Positions 19,135 to 28,017 of a stretch of 64,000 nucleotides of DNA are shown here, one piece after another. Source of the stretch: Longimicrobiales bacterium (GTDB lineage Bacteria; Gemmatimonadota; Gemmatimonadetes; Longimicrobiales; Gaopeijiaceae); assembly GCA_963664435.2 (NCBI GenBank), contig CAXXKM010000001.1:1440001-1504000 (forward strand), given 5' to 3'. The notes under the pieces were generated by a model, which was not told where the DNA came from, made no database searches, and was given only the letters and a program-made list of their open reading frames with translations. The position numbers were made by a program, and so were the translations under genes. Position 1 is the stretch's first letter. Each line of letters begins with the position of its first letter.

Positions 19135-19212
19135 AGGGGCGGAGCCCCTCGCCAGCCCCGTTGTATGACAAGGGGTAGGCTGGCTTGTCTACCTTAGCGA
19201 TGTCCGACAAGC
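19135..19212. other. Cluster of inverted repeats; candidate oriT-like site
   Basis: AGGGGC-gga-GCCCCT (19135-19149), GCCAGCC...TTGT-atg-ACAA...GGCTGGC (19151-19184), GGCTTGTC...GACAAGCC (19182-19212). Confidence 0.4.
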
Positions 19213-19675
19213 CCCTCCGCCGCGGCCACGGACGTTCCGGTGCGGCCCGGCAAGTCGGCCCGTTTGACGTGCTCGCGCCCGCGCCCGATCCCCCAAACGC
19301 CGGGCTCTGGTTTCACCCGGCGACCGAGCCCCGCGCGCCGACGGCGCATCGCGCCGTCTCGTGGTAGCCGTCCGGGAAGCCCGCCCTCTGCGGCCCAAGG
19401 CGACCACGCCGCCCGGCAAGCTAGCGCTGGCGATCCGCCCGGCGCGCCGGGCGGTCCGGCAGAATCCCGCGTGCTACCTGGCCGCGCCCGCACAGGGAAT
19501 GGCTCCCTTCGATGGCAACGCATGGTGGCGCCTGATACGTGACTACTCGCGTTCGGTTGATACCGCCGCTTGCCCGCAGCGGTGCCCCATCCTCGGAAAC
19601 GGGCGAAGGGGCCGACCCATACGAACCCTCCTCGCCTCGGTCGCGGGTGGAAGAAAGATCCCGGGGTCAGGCGTG

Positions 19676-20026
19676 TCACGAGGTTCCCTCGCACCGCACG
19701 GAGCGCTCCACCGCGCTGAAGAGCCGGATGTTGCCCTGCCCCCCGCCCTCGACGCTGAAATCCCCGCCCGCACGGCACTGCGCCAGGGTTGCGCTGTCGA
19801 GATTGAGCTGCGCGCAGGCGGCGGCCAGCGCCTCTCCCAACGCCTCTTCGCGCGACGCGCCCGTGCCCGTGCCGCTTCCCGAGCCGGACGGCGAGGACAT
19901 CGAGCCGAAGGTCGAGGGCACGAGCGTCAGCGTCACGCTGCACATCCACGCCTCGCTCTCCATCATGCTTTCGCAGGCCACCACGGCACACAGTGCGAGC
20001 AGCGTGCTTCTCAGTCTGACCCACAT
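19676..20026 (-). CDS. Small lipoprotein of unknown function
   Basis: AGGAGGAG RBS; LALCAVVAC lipobox-like signal; four further Cys. Confidence 0.7.
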   Translation of the reverse strand: MWVRLRSTLLALCAVVACESMMESEAWMCSVTLTLVPSTFGSMSSPSGSGSGTGTGASREEALGEALAAACAQLNLDSATLAQCRAGGDFSVEGGGQGNIRLFSAVERSVRCEGTS

Positions 20027-20053
20027 GGATTCTCCTCCTTGTTTGGCGTTGCC

Positions 20054-21046
20054 TCAGCCAGCTCCGGGGTCGGCCGGCCTGAATCTCAACTCGAGAGCGC
20101 GAATGCCGCGGTCGAGCGTGGGACCCAACTCGAAAGCGCCCGCCGCGAGCATTTCGGCGGTCACCCGAAGCTGGTGCACGCCGTACACGTCGTCCTCGGT
20201 CATGTCCACGTCGACCACTCGGATGAGAAGAACGTCGTCGGGGTAGACCGTAAGCACGGGCGTCGAGCCGAAGTGCACGGTCTTCTCCTCGCTGTCGACG
20301 GTTGCCGTGTACCCGACAATGGCGTCCAAGAGGCTTCTTCGTTCGCCGCCAGCGGCGGAAACCCTCGCCTCCAGCGTGGCGACACTGTCGCGCAACTCCT
20401 CCAGCGCGGCCGACTCACCCGGAGTGAGCGCCGGTCCCGGCCGCAGTTCGCTCCTCTCCCTCTTCTCCGCAAGCGCCCGAAGCTCCCGGAACTCCTCTGC
20501 GCCCGCCTCCACGAGCGTCAGCTCCTCGAGCTCGGTCAGCCGCCTCCGCTCCGCCTCCGTGAGTTCCGGTCCGGGCACCACTTCCGAGAGCCTCCGCTTT
20601 TCCACCAGCGGGTCCATGGAGCGGGCGAATCCGGCGGACTCCTCCCGCCAGCGATCCATCCGGTCGCCGAGTTGGTGAATCCTGCGCAGGACGGGTGGAG
20701 CTCGGCGCTGTATCTCCACCCGGTAGTCCGGCCGCGAGAACGTGTCGCCCCCTCCGGCTCCGACGGTGACCCGGCCAACCGACACCGTGTACCCGCGCTC
20801 TTGGACGATCTCCCCGGCATCCGGCGCAACCGACGAGCTCGACCCCGGCCCCGTGGCCCTCGCGCTCGCCGACACGGCTTGGCCTGCGGCAGGCGTTCGG
20901 TCGAGCACGGGTCCGGTCCGCGCGTCGCCCCAGCCGATTCCCCAAGCGAACAGCGGGACCACGGCGAGCACGGGCAGCAGCCCCGGCCAACCCCCGGTTA
21001 CCGTTGGTGGTCCGTGTTCCAGGACTCGGTTGTGGGGCGAACTCAT
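20054..21046 (-). CDS. Membrane-anchored or exported hypothetical protein with C2-like motifs split by a coiled coil
   Basis: ATGA overlap with the upstream gene; hydrophobic N-terminal segment; DTFSRPDYRVEI, an E/R/L-rich helical insert, then LLIRVVDVDMTEDDVYG. Confidence 0.65.
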   Translation of the reverse strand: MSSPHNRVLEHGPPTVTGGWPGLLPVLAVVPLFAWGIGWGDARTGPVLDRTPAAGQAVSASARATGPGSSSSVAPDAGEIVQERGYTVSVGRVTVGAGGGDTFSRPDYRVEIQRRAPPVLRRIHQLGDRMDRWREESAGFARSMDPLVEKRRLSEVVPGPELTEAERRRLTELEELTLVEAGAEEFRELRALAEKRERSELRPGPALTPGESAALEELRDSVATLEARVSAAGGERRSLLDAIVGYTATVDSEEKTVHFGSTPVLTVYPDDVLLIRVVDVDMTEDDVYGVHQLRVTAEMLAAGAFELGPTLDRGIRALELRFRPADPGAG

Positions 21047-23760
21047 GACTTCGTCACTTCGTTTTCGCTCTTGTACTTGCCGCGGACGCCGGCGGCGGTG
21101 ATATCGCCCACCATGCGGTACTTGCCCGATGATGCGTTGTTCAGGTTGTAGCCGCACAGGCTATCCGTCTTCTTCGTGCCCGCGATGTCCTGCCAGCCGG
21201 ACCCTGAGTCTCGCTGCCACCATGTCTCGTGAAAGTCCCATCTCTTCCCGTTGAACGTGCCGTTGGCGGCCAGACAACCCGTATTGCCCGCGCCGAGGCT
21301 GATTCCCCCGACCTGCAACCGAACCCCGCCAGTGTTCGTGATCTTCAGTCCGGTGAGCGTCTTGAAGTCGCCGCCGGTGTCGCCCGCGACCGTGACGCTG
21401 AACGCCTGTTCGGCGGCGAGGCCGCCGGGGTCTCTGGCCGTCACGCGAATCGTCGCTTCGCCATCGGCCACCGCCTTGACGGTTACCGTGTCCCCCGAGA
21501 CGGATGCCGTCGCGACGCTCGCGCTCGAGGAACTGGCCGTGTAGGTGAGGGCGTCGCCGTCCGGGTCGCGGAAGTAGTCGGAGGCGTTCACCGTCGTGCT
21601 GTCGCCCGGCTTCAGCGTTTTCGCGGATATGGAGCCCACGGTCACGGGCGATTGGTTGCTGCTTCCGCCGCCCACGGTCACTTCATTCTCGCTCCTGTAC
21701 TTGCCGCGAACGCCGCCAACGGTGAACTCGCCAACAAACCGGTACACGCCGGCCTTCGCGCTTGCGAGACCGTATCCGCAAAGCTGCCCGTTCTTCCGGG
21801 TGCCGGAGACCTGAGCCCAGGCGGAACCGGCGACGTTGTCCCTTCTCTGCCATTCGGTCCAGTGAACCTCGTAACTCACGCCGTTGATGGTGACCCGACT
21901 GGTCCCAAAGCATCCGCTGTTCGTGAAGTTCCCCCACTTCAGAGCGCCCGCTTGCGTGATCGTCAGCCCGCTTATCGTCTTGTAGTCGCCCCCGGTGTCG
22001 CCCGCCACCGTGACGCGAAACGTCTGTTCCGCCATGAGGCCGCCGGGGTCGGTGGCGGTGACTCGGATGGTTGCAGTGCCTTCCGCCACGGCCGTGACCG
22101 TCCCGATGTCGCCGGACAGCCGCACCGTCGCCACGCTCGTGTTCGAGGACGTGGCGCTAAACGACAACGCGTCGCCGTCCGGGTCACTGAAGTAGTCCGA
22201 TGCGTCCCCCTCGATGCTATCCCCCACCGCGATCACCGTGTCGGGTATGGAACCCACCTTCACAGGGGACCGATTGTCCGAATCGCAGACCGGACCTCCG
22301 TTGTAGCTGTCCTCGTCGATCGCGGCAATCGAGGCGAGCCACGCTTGGAAGCCGATCTCGGCGGGCGAACACAGGTCGGTGCCATGCCAATAGAACGCGT
22401 CGAGTAGCAGGGCCTGCAAATCCAGCGGAAGCGGCCCCGCCAGACCCCCGTTGTTGCTGATCGCCAAGCTGTGCAGGTCGGTGTTCCCAAGTTCGGCGGG
22501 GACCGGCCCGCTCAGTTCGTTGTCGTGCAGCCACAGCACCCGCAGGTCCTCCCAGGCACCATACGACTCCGGCGTGGGAATGGGGCCTGTCAGCTGATTG
22601 TCGTAGAGCCACAACGCCTCGAGATTCCGGAGGCCGGCCAGCTCGGACGGGATCTCGCCGGTCAGCTTGTTCCTCGACAGGGACAGGTTCTCGATGTAGT
22701 AGAGGTTGCCAAGTTCTTTCGGAATCGGGCCAGTCAGTTCGTTCCCCCACAGACGCAGATCGACCAGGTAGTTTCGCAGAGAGCCCAGCTCCGCCGGAAT
22801 CCTGCCCGTGAGCCTGTTGCCGCCCAAATCGAGCCGATGGAGAGACCGCATGGAGCCGACCTCCTTGGGGATCTCGCCGGTCAGCCGGTTGCGCCACAAG
22901 TACAGTCGCTCGAGCCGCGTCAAAGCTCCCACCTCCGGCGGGATCTCACCGGTCAGCTGGTTGTCTTGGAGGTACAGTCGCTCGAGGTCGTTCATCGAGC
23001 CCACCTCCGGCGGGATCTCGCCGGTCAGCCGATTACGTCCAAGCGACAAAACTTCGACGTCGTCCAATGCGCCCAGCTCCGGGGGGAGCGATCCGTCCAG
23101 CCCGCGGTTGTGAAGGTAGAGCCTCTCCACCCCAAAGGTGCCGAGGACCACGCCGTCCCACTCCGTCATCACGGTTGCGGTGTCCCAGTTCAATGACACC
23201 GTGCCGCGCAGTTGGTCCATCGCGGCGAGCAGCGCGTCGCAATCGTCGTCGAAGAAGAGCCAACCGCGTTCGAAATCCAGGGCCGGCGAATCGCGGTGAC
23301 AGACCTCGGGAATGTCCAAGTCCAGACTCCGCGCGATGTTGCTCGCCGCGTTGCCGGCGTTGTCTAGCCTCGCGGGGCTGCGAGCAGGCTCGTCGGTGCG
23401 TGTGGAGTCCGGGACACCGGAGGCCGGCACCAGCCCGTCCAGTTCGTCGTCACGCTCGCCGGCCGAGGGATACCCCAACTCGCTCTCCCGCTCCAATCGA
23501 TCGAGTTCCGCCGGGCCTATCCCGTGAATAGCAAGGCTGGGATTGAGCGGCACGTCAACCGGCGTGTCGTCGAAGGCAGGCGACATCGGCTCGTCGACGC
23601 AGGCGGCCAAGGTCGCGATGACGGCCACAATCAGGGTTGCCCCCGGCGTGAAGAGCTTGGGGTTGCTGGCAAGCATTGAAGGTCTCCTCTTGGATGCGTC
23701 GCGAAGTGCGGTGCTCCGTGATCGAGTTGGTGTGCCGTGGGCTCGCCGGGGCATGGTCAT
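21043..23760 (-). CDS. Lipoprotein with plant-type 24-aa LRRs followed by two [cadherin/Ig-like + Cys-containing beta domain] modules
   Basis: IATLAAC lipobox; repeated LxxLxLxxNxLTGEIPxEVG; DYFSDPDGDAL and DYFRDPDGDAL Ig-like repeats; both modules end GVRGKYxSENEVT. ATGA overlap at 23757-23760. Confidence 0.88.
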   Translation of the reverse strand: MTMPRRAHGTPTRSRSTALRDASKRRPSMLASNPKLFTPGATLIVAVIATLAACVDEPMSPAFDDTPVDVPLNPSLAIHGIGPAELDRLERESELGYPSAGERDDELDGLVPASGVPDSTRTDEPARSPARLDNAGNAASNIARSLDLDIPEVCHRDSPALDFERGWLFFDDDCDALLAAMDQLRGTVSLNWDTATVMTEWDGVVLGTFGVERLYLHNRGLDGSLPPELGALDDVEVLSLGRNRLTGEIPPEVGSMNDLERLYLQDNQLTGEIPPEVGALTRLERLYLWRNRLTGEIPKEVGSMRSLHRLDLGGNRLTGRIPAELGSLRNYLVDLRLWGNELTGPIPKELGNLYYIENLSLSRNKLTGEIPSELAGLRNLEALWLYDNQLTGPIPTPESYGAWEDLRVLWLHDNELSGPVPAELGNTDLHSLAISNNGGLAGPLPLDLQALLLDAFYWHGTDLCSPAEIGFQAWLASIAAIDEDSYNGGPVCDSDNRSPVKVGSIPDTVIAVGDSIEGDASDYFSDPDGDALSFSATSSNTSVATVRLSGDIGTVTAVAEGTATIRVTATDPGGLMAEQTFRVTVAGDTGGDYKTISGLTITQAGALKWGNFTNSGCFGTSRVTINGVSYEVHWTEWQRRDNVAGSAWAQVSGTRKNGQLCGYGLASAKAGVYRFVGEFTVGGVRGKYRSENEVTVGGGSSNQSPVTVGSISAKTLKPGDSTTVNASDYFRDPDGDALTYTASSSSASVATASVSGDTVTVKAVADGEATIRVTARDPGGLAAEQAFSVTVAGDTGGDFKTLTGLKITNTGGVRLQVGGISLGAGNTGCLAANGTFNGKRWDFHETWWQRDSGSGWQDIAGTKKTDSLCGYNLNNASSGKYRMVGDITAAGVRGKYKSENEVTKS

Positions 23761-26700
23761 CGTTCGTTCCCACGGTTCGGGATCCCCCGGCTGAAAAGGA
23801 CCTCGATGTCTTGGGCATTCGCCGCTGCCGCGGCGGGTACGCGGCTCGGGGCCGGGGCCTGTGGCGCACCGTCGAGGATGCCCCGGATCCGGCCGGTTGC
23901 CGGGTCGCGCAGAATGGTCATGGGCAGATCGGTGTCGCGGTCGAGGCCGATCGAGCCGCCCGGGCCTTGCAGCGTGATCGCCACGAGTTCCTGCGTCCAT
24001 GTGACCGGCACGGCGAACGAGAACCCGGCACGCTGGTCCTCGGTGTCGGTGAACTCCGACATGGCGAAGGCCAGGGAGAACAACTCCGTGCCCGCGTCGT
24101 CCGTCCCGGTGAGCGACCATGGACCGTCGGCTTCCGGAAGCGCGGGCGGGGCGTCGATGAAGAAGGAGGGCCTGAGGCGCGGCGCTCCTTCGCCGTCCAG
24201 ACCGCCCCATACGAGCAGCGCGCGGCCGGAGGCGGCCTGGGCGACGTCCGCGGCGGCGATCAGGATCGAGCCGGTCTCGGTCTCGAGGCGGTAGCGGACG
24301 GCGTTGGTGAACTGGTAGTCGCTCGTCCAGGTGGGCTCGCAGTAGGACATGAAGTCCGGCTGGCCCGGCGGCACAAGCTCGCCGGTGCCGAAGTCGTAGC
24401 CCCACGCGCCGATGTTGCCCTCCCCGTAGGGATAGTACCGGTCCGGACCGCCGGCTCCGCCGCATGGCGCGTGGTAGAGATTACGGTTGTGGCCGAACTC
24501 GTGCGCGATGGTTTCGGAGTCGAGGACCGAGAAGCTCGACCAGCTTCCGATGCCGTTCGCCACACCGAGGAGACCGCCCGGCCCCGTGGGTCCGGCCATG
24601 ACCGCCAAGTAGTGGCCGCGCCCGCCCTCGGCGACCCGGATCATCTCGGCCTCCGCGAGGAGCTCGAACCCGTTGTTTGTGGACGTTGCTACGGGCGGGT
24701 GCGCGGTCGCGTCGATCTCGGAGACCGGCAGCAGCAGGTGCGTGCGCTCGAACAGTTCGTGGCCCTCCGGGTCGGCGGCCATGGCGGCAACCGTCGCGAT
24801 GATCGAGGAGTCCGGACTCTCCTGCCAGATGAAGGGCACCAGCGTCACCTCGAAGACCGGCATCGCGCGCACATCCACCGCCATCCGGCCCGCGGCGGGG
24901 ATCCGGCGCGCCACGCCCAGCGCCGGATCGAGCGTCCCGTCCGGATCCGGCTCGATCACGACCTCGAGACCGGGCTGGATCACCCGGCCGGGGATCTCCG
25001 CGTTCACGGACCTCCCCAGGGAACTCTCGTCGATCTTCGCGGGGATGAGATCGGACGCGCCGGGAATGTCCGCCACGTGGGTCACGGCTCCGTCCCGGTA
25101 GAAGGTGGCCCGCACCGGGGGCATGGCGGCGGCTCCTTGCTTTGCCGTGACGAACACGCGTAGCAGCGCGGACTCGCCAGCGACCAGCGGCACCGGGAAC
25201 TCGCGGGACTGGACGGCCTGCGTAAGATAGGCGGCCGCGTCGCCGTCACGGGCACAATGCGCCACCCGCTGGCGCGTCACCCCTTCGAGCCAGTCGAGGA
25301 ACTCCGGGTCCGCCGGCGCGCACAGGCCGGTCCCGGTCGTGTGCAGGTCCTCGAGATGCTCCAGCGCCGTCAGGCCCAGGGGAAGGGGGCCGGCCAAGCC
25401 GGCGTTGCCGGCAAGACCCAGACTCGCAATGCCCGTGAACTCGAGCAGCCCCACGGGCAGGGAGCCGCTGAACTTGTTGGACGAGAGGTCCAGAATCTCC
25501 AGGCTCGGAAAGCTGACGGAACGCGAACGCACGGCCCTCGAAGACCGATCCCGTCTCGTCCAATCCTGGCCCGCAAGGTGCCCTAATTCGTCCGGTTTCG
25601 TAGAGACGGCCATCGACCGGATGCCTTGGGAACTCTCCCAAGGACTGCGCGGTTCCCTCAACGTTTTGTGGGCGGCGGGCGGATCGCTGGCGGACAGCGC
25701 AAGGCGCTGCGCAACACCTGCCCCGACGAGCCCCGTTGGAACGTCGGTCAGTTGGTTACCGGCAAGATCCAGAAAGGACAGGTTCGGCAGCGTGGCGAGT
25801 TCCCGTGGGAACGACGCGAACTTGTTGGACGCGAGTTCCAGCAGTTCCAGGCTCGCCATCCCGCCGAGTCCCGGCGGGACGGACGAAAGCCGGTTGTGTT
25901 CGAGGGCCAGCCATTCCAGGTTCCCCAGGTTACCCAAGTCGTTCGGGATGGACGTCAGATCGTTTTGATGAAGCCACAGAACTTCGAGATTGTCCAGACG
26001 GCCCAGTTCCCTGGGGACGGACGAAAGCCGGTTCGAGCCGATATCCAGCAATAGGAGGCTGACAAGGCTGCCGAACTCCGGTGGAACGGATGTCAACATG
26101 TTGGCCCCGAGTCGCAGCACCTGGAGGTTGTGCAGTTCGCCGAGATCCGCCGGGACGGTCATCAGTTCGTTGCCAAGGATCCACAGCACCTGCAGGCTTG
26201 CCAAACGGCCCAATTCTGGGGGAACAGACGTCAATCGGTTGTATTCGAGGGCAAGCTCTTTCAGGCTGACCAACCCACCCAGCTCCGCCGGGACGGACGT
26301 CAATTGGTTGTTGTTGAGGTGAAGCTCCTGCAAGCGGGGCAACGCGCCCAACTCCGCCGGGATGGGGCCCGAAAGCGAGTTGATCGAGAGGGCAACGTAT
26401 TCGGCCCCGGCCAGCGCGCCCAACTCCGCCGGGATGGACCCGCTCAACTGATTGCGATGGAGGGCCAACAACTTCAGTTCGGTCAGCTCGCCCAACTCGG
26501 GCGGAATCGGCCCGGACAGCCTGTTCCCCCAGAGGCTCAGCGTTTCCAGCTCGGTCAGCTCGCCCAACTCGGGCGGGATCGGCCCCTCCAGTCCATTCCT
26601 CACCAACTTCAGGCTCACGACCCGTCCGTCCGCGTCCGTTTCCACGCCGTACCATGTTCCGAGCGGAGCATCGGCCAGCCAGTTGCCGGACTCCTCCCAG

Positions 26701-28004
26701 TCGGGTCCATCCGTCCCCTCGTACAGGGCTGTAAGGATCTCGCGGTCGGACAGCGGCGGGCATTGCACCCCCGTGCCCTCGTGCCGCGCAAGGCCGGAGA
26801 GCCACTCTTGGAACGATCCTCCGGTCGGAGCGCACAGGCCCGTGTTCGCATAGCGCAGCTCCTCGAGCGGTGTGCGGGAGAGCCCGGTCGGCAGCCGGCC
26901 GGAAAGGGCCGGGTTGTCGCCGATAAGGAGACGGGTCATCGAAGCTAGGTCGCCCAAGCTCGCGGGCAGGCGGCCGACGAGCCCGTTGGCGGCGAGAGCG
27001 AGCGATGCCACCCTGCCGGTGGAATCGGTCTCGACGCCGTACCAGTCCTCCAAGACAACGTCGCCCACCCAGCCGTCCGAGTTCTTCCAGCCCGAGCCAC
27101 CGGTCGTCCGGTGCAGGTCTTCGAGCACCTGAGCGTCCAACTCATTGCAGTATGGGCCCCTAACAATCCGAATGCCCTGTAGCCAAGCCACGAACCGCGC
27201 GGTGCCCGGGGCGCATAGCCCACGATTCCACGCAAACTCGAAGAGAGTGAGGTTAGTCAGCTTCAAGAAGCTCTGGGGAATCAGGCCGGTTAGCTGATTC
27301 CCGTCGAGGCTAAGCTCCACCAGTTTCGTAAGATTGCCGAGTTTGACCGGGATCGTCCCAGTGAGGTCGTTGCCGTGGAGTTGCGCGTATTGCAAGTTGA
27401 CCATGCCACCGAGTTCCGCAGGTATGATGCCTGATAGTTCGTTGCCTGCGAGGCTCATCTGGCCGACGTTGGCCAGATCGCCTAAGCTCGGCGGAATGGG
27501 ACCCGTCAACCTGTTGCGGGCGAGCCAAAGAGTTCCCAGGTTGGCCAGCCGACCCAATTCGGCAGGGATGAGACCGGACAGGTTGTTGTCGGCCATATCA
27601 AGCCGAACGAGTTGAGCCAACCTGCCCAAGTCGGATGGCATGCTGCCCGACAGCCCGTTCTCTTCGAGTTCGAGTGCGGTAACCCGTCCGGCCGCATCCG
27701 TCCGCACGCCGTGCCAGTCCCCGAGCGGCGCATCGGTCAGCCAGTTGGTGTCATTGACCCAATTCGGCCCGTCGGTTGCGTTGTAGAACGCGACCAGGAT
27801 GTCGCGGTCGCCGGCCCGTGCCATCACCATCGCGCCGGGTGCGGCACCGTTTGCGACGGCCGTCGGCGGCGGACCGACTACCGGCTCGTCCGCGCAGGCG
27901 GCAACCCATGCAACCGCCAGGAGCGTGGCTGCCCGAACGCTCGCTTGCCACGCGCTCCGCGCCGGCTGCGGCTGAATGCGATGGAGTTGAAGTTCGCTTC
28001 TCAT
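23757..28004 (-). CDS. Large LRR lipoprotein with C-terminal zinc metalloprotease domain (M66-like)
   Basis: VAWVAAC lipobox; three LRR N-cap modules (e.g. DRDILVAFYNATDGPNW); 24-aa and 23-aa LRR blocks; HEFGHNRNLYHAPCG zinc motif with a DFMSYC Met-turn. Confidence 0.9.
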   Translation of the reverse strand: MRSELQLHRIQPQPARSAWQASVRAATLLAVAWVAACADEPVVGPPPTAVANGAAPGAMVMARAGDRDILVAFYNATDGPNWVNDTNWLTDAPLGDWHGVRTDAAGRVTALELEENGLSGSMPSDLGRLAQLVRLDMADNNLSGLIPAELGRLANLGTLWLARNRLTGPIPPSLGDLANVGQMSLAGNELSGIIPAELGGMVNLQYAQLHGNDLTGTIPVKLGNLTKLVELSLDGNQLTGLIPQSFLKLTNLTLFEFAWNRGLCAPGTARFVAWLQGIRIVRGPYCNELDAQVLEDLHRTTGGSGWKNSDGWVGDVVLEDWYGVETDSTGRVASLALAANGLVGRLPASLGDLASMTRLLIGDNPALSGRLPTGLSRTPLEELRYANTGLCAPTGGSFQEWLSGLARHEGTGVQCPPLSDREILTALYEGTDGPDWEESGNWLADAPLGTWYGVETDADGRVVSLKLVRNGLEGPIPPELGELTELETLSLWGNRLSGPIPPELGELTELKLLALHRNQLSGSIPAELGALAGAEYVALSINSLSGPIPAELGALPRLQELHLNNNQLTSVPAELGGLVSLKELALEYNRLTSVPPELGRLASLQVLWILGNELMTVPADLGELHNLQVLRLGANMLTSVPPEFGSLVSLLLLDIGSNRLSSVPRELGRLDNLEVLWLHQNDLTSIPNDLGNLGNLEWLALEHNRLSSVPPGLGGMASLELLELASNKFASFPRELATLPNLSFLDLAGNQLTDVPTGLVGAGVAQRLALSASDPPAAHKTLREPRSPWESSQGIRSMAVSTKPDELGHLAGQDWTRRDRSSRAVRSRSVSFPSLEILDLSSNKFSGSLPVGLLEFTGIASLGLAGNAGLAGPLPLGLTALEHLEDLHTTGTGLCAPADPEFLDWLEGVTRQRVAHCARDGDAAAYLTQAVQSREFPVPLVAGESALLRVFVTAKQGAAAMPPVRATFYRDGAVTHVADIPGASDLIPAKIDESSLGRSVNAEIPGRVIQPGLEVVIEPDPDGTLDPALGVARRIPAAGRMAVDVRAMPVFEVTLVPFIWQESPDSSIIATVAAMAADPEGHELFERTHLLLPVSEIDATAHPPVATSTNNGFELLAEAEMIRVAEGGRGHYLAVMAGPTGPGGLLGVANGIGSWSSFSVLDSETIAHEFGHNRNLYHAPCGGAGGPDRYYPYGEGNIGAWGYDFGTGELVPPGQPDFMSYCEPTWTSDYQFTNAVRYRLETETGSILIAAADVAQAASGRALLVWGGLDGEGAPRLRPSFFIDAPPALPEADGPWSLTGTDDAGTELFSLAFAMSEFTDTEDQRAGFSFAVPVTWTQELVAITLQGPGGSIGLDRDTDLPMTILRDPATGRIRGILDGAPQAPAPSRVPAAAAANAQDIEVLFSRGIPNRGNER

Positions 28005-28017
28005 GTCGTCCGGTCCT

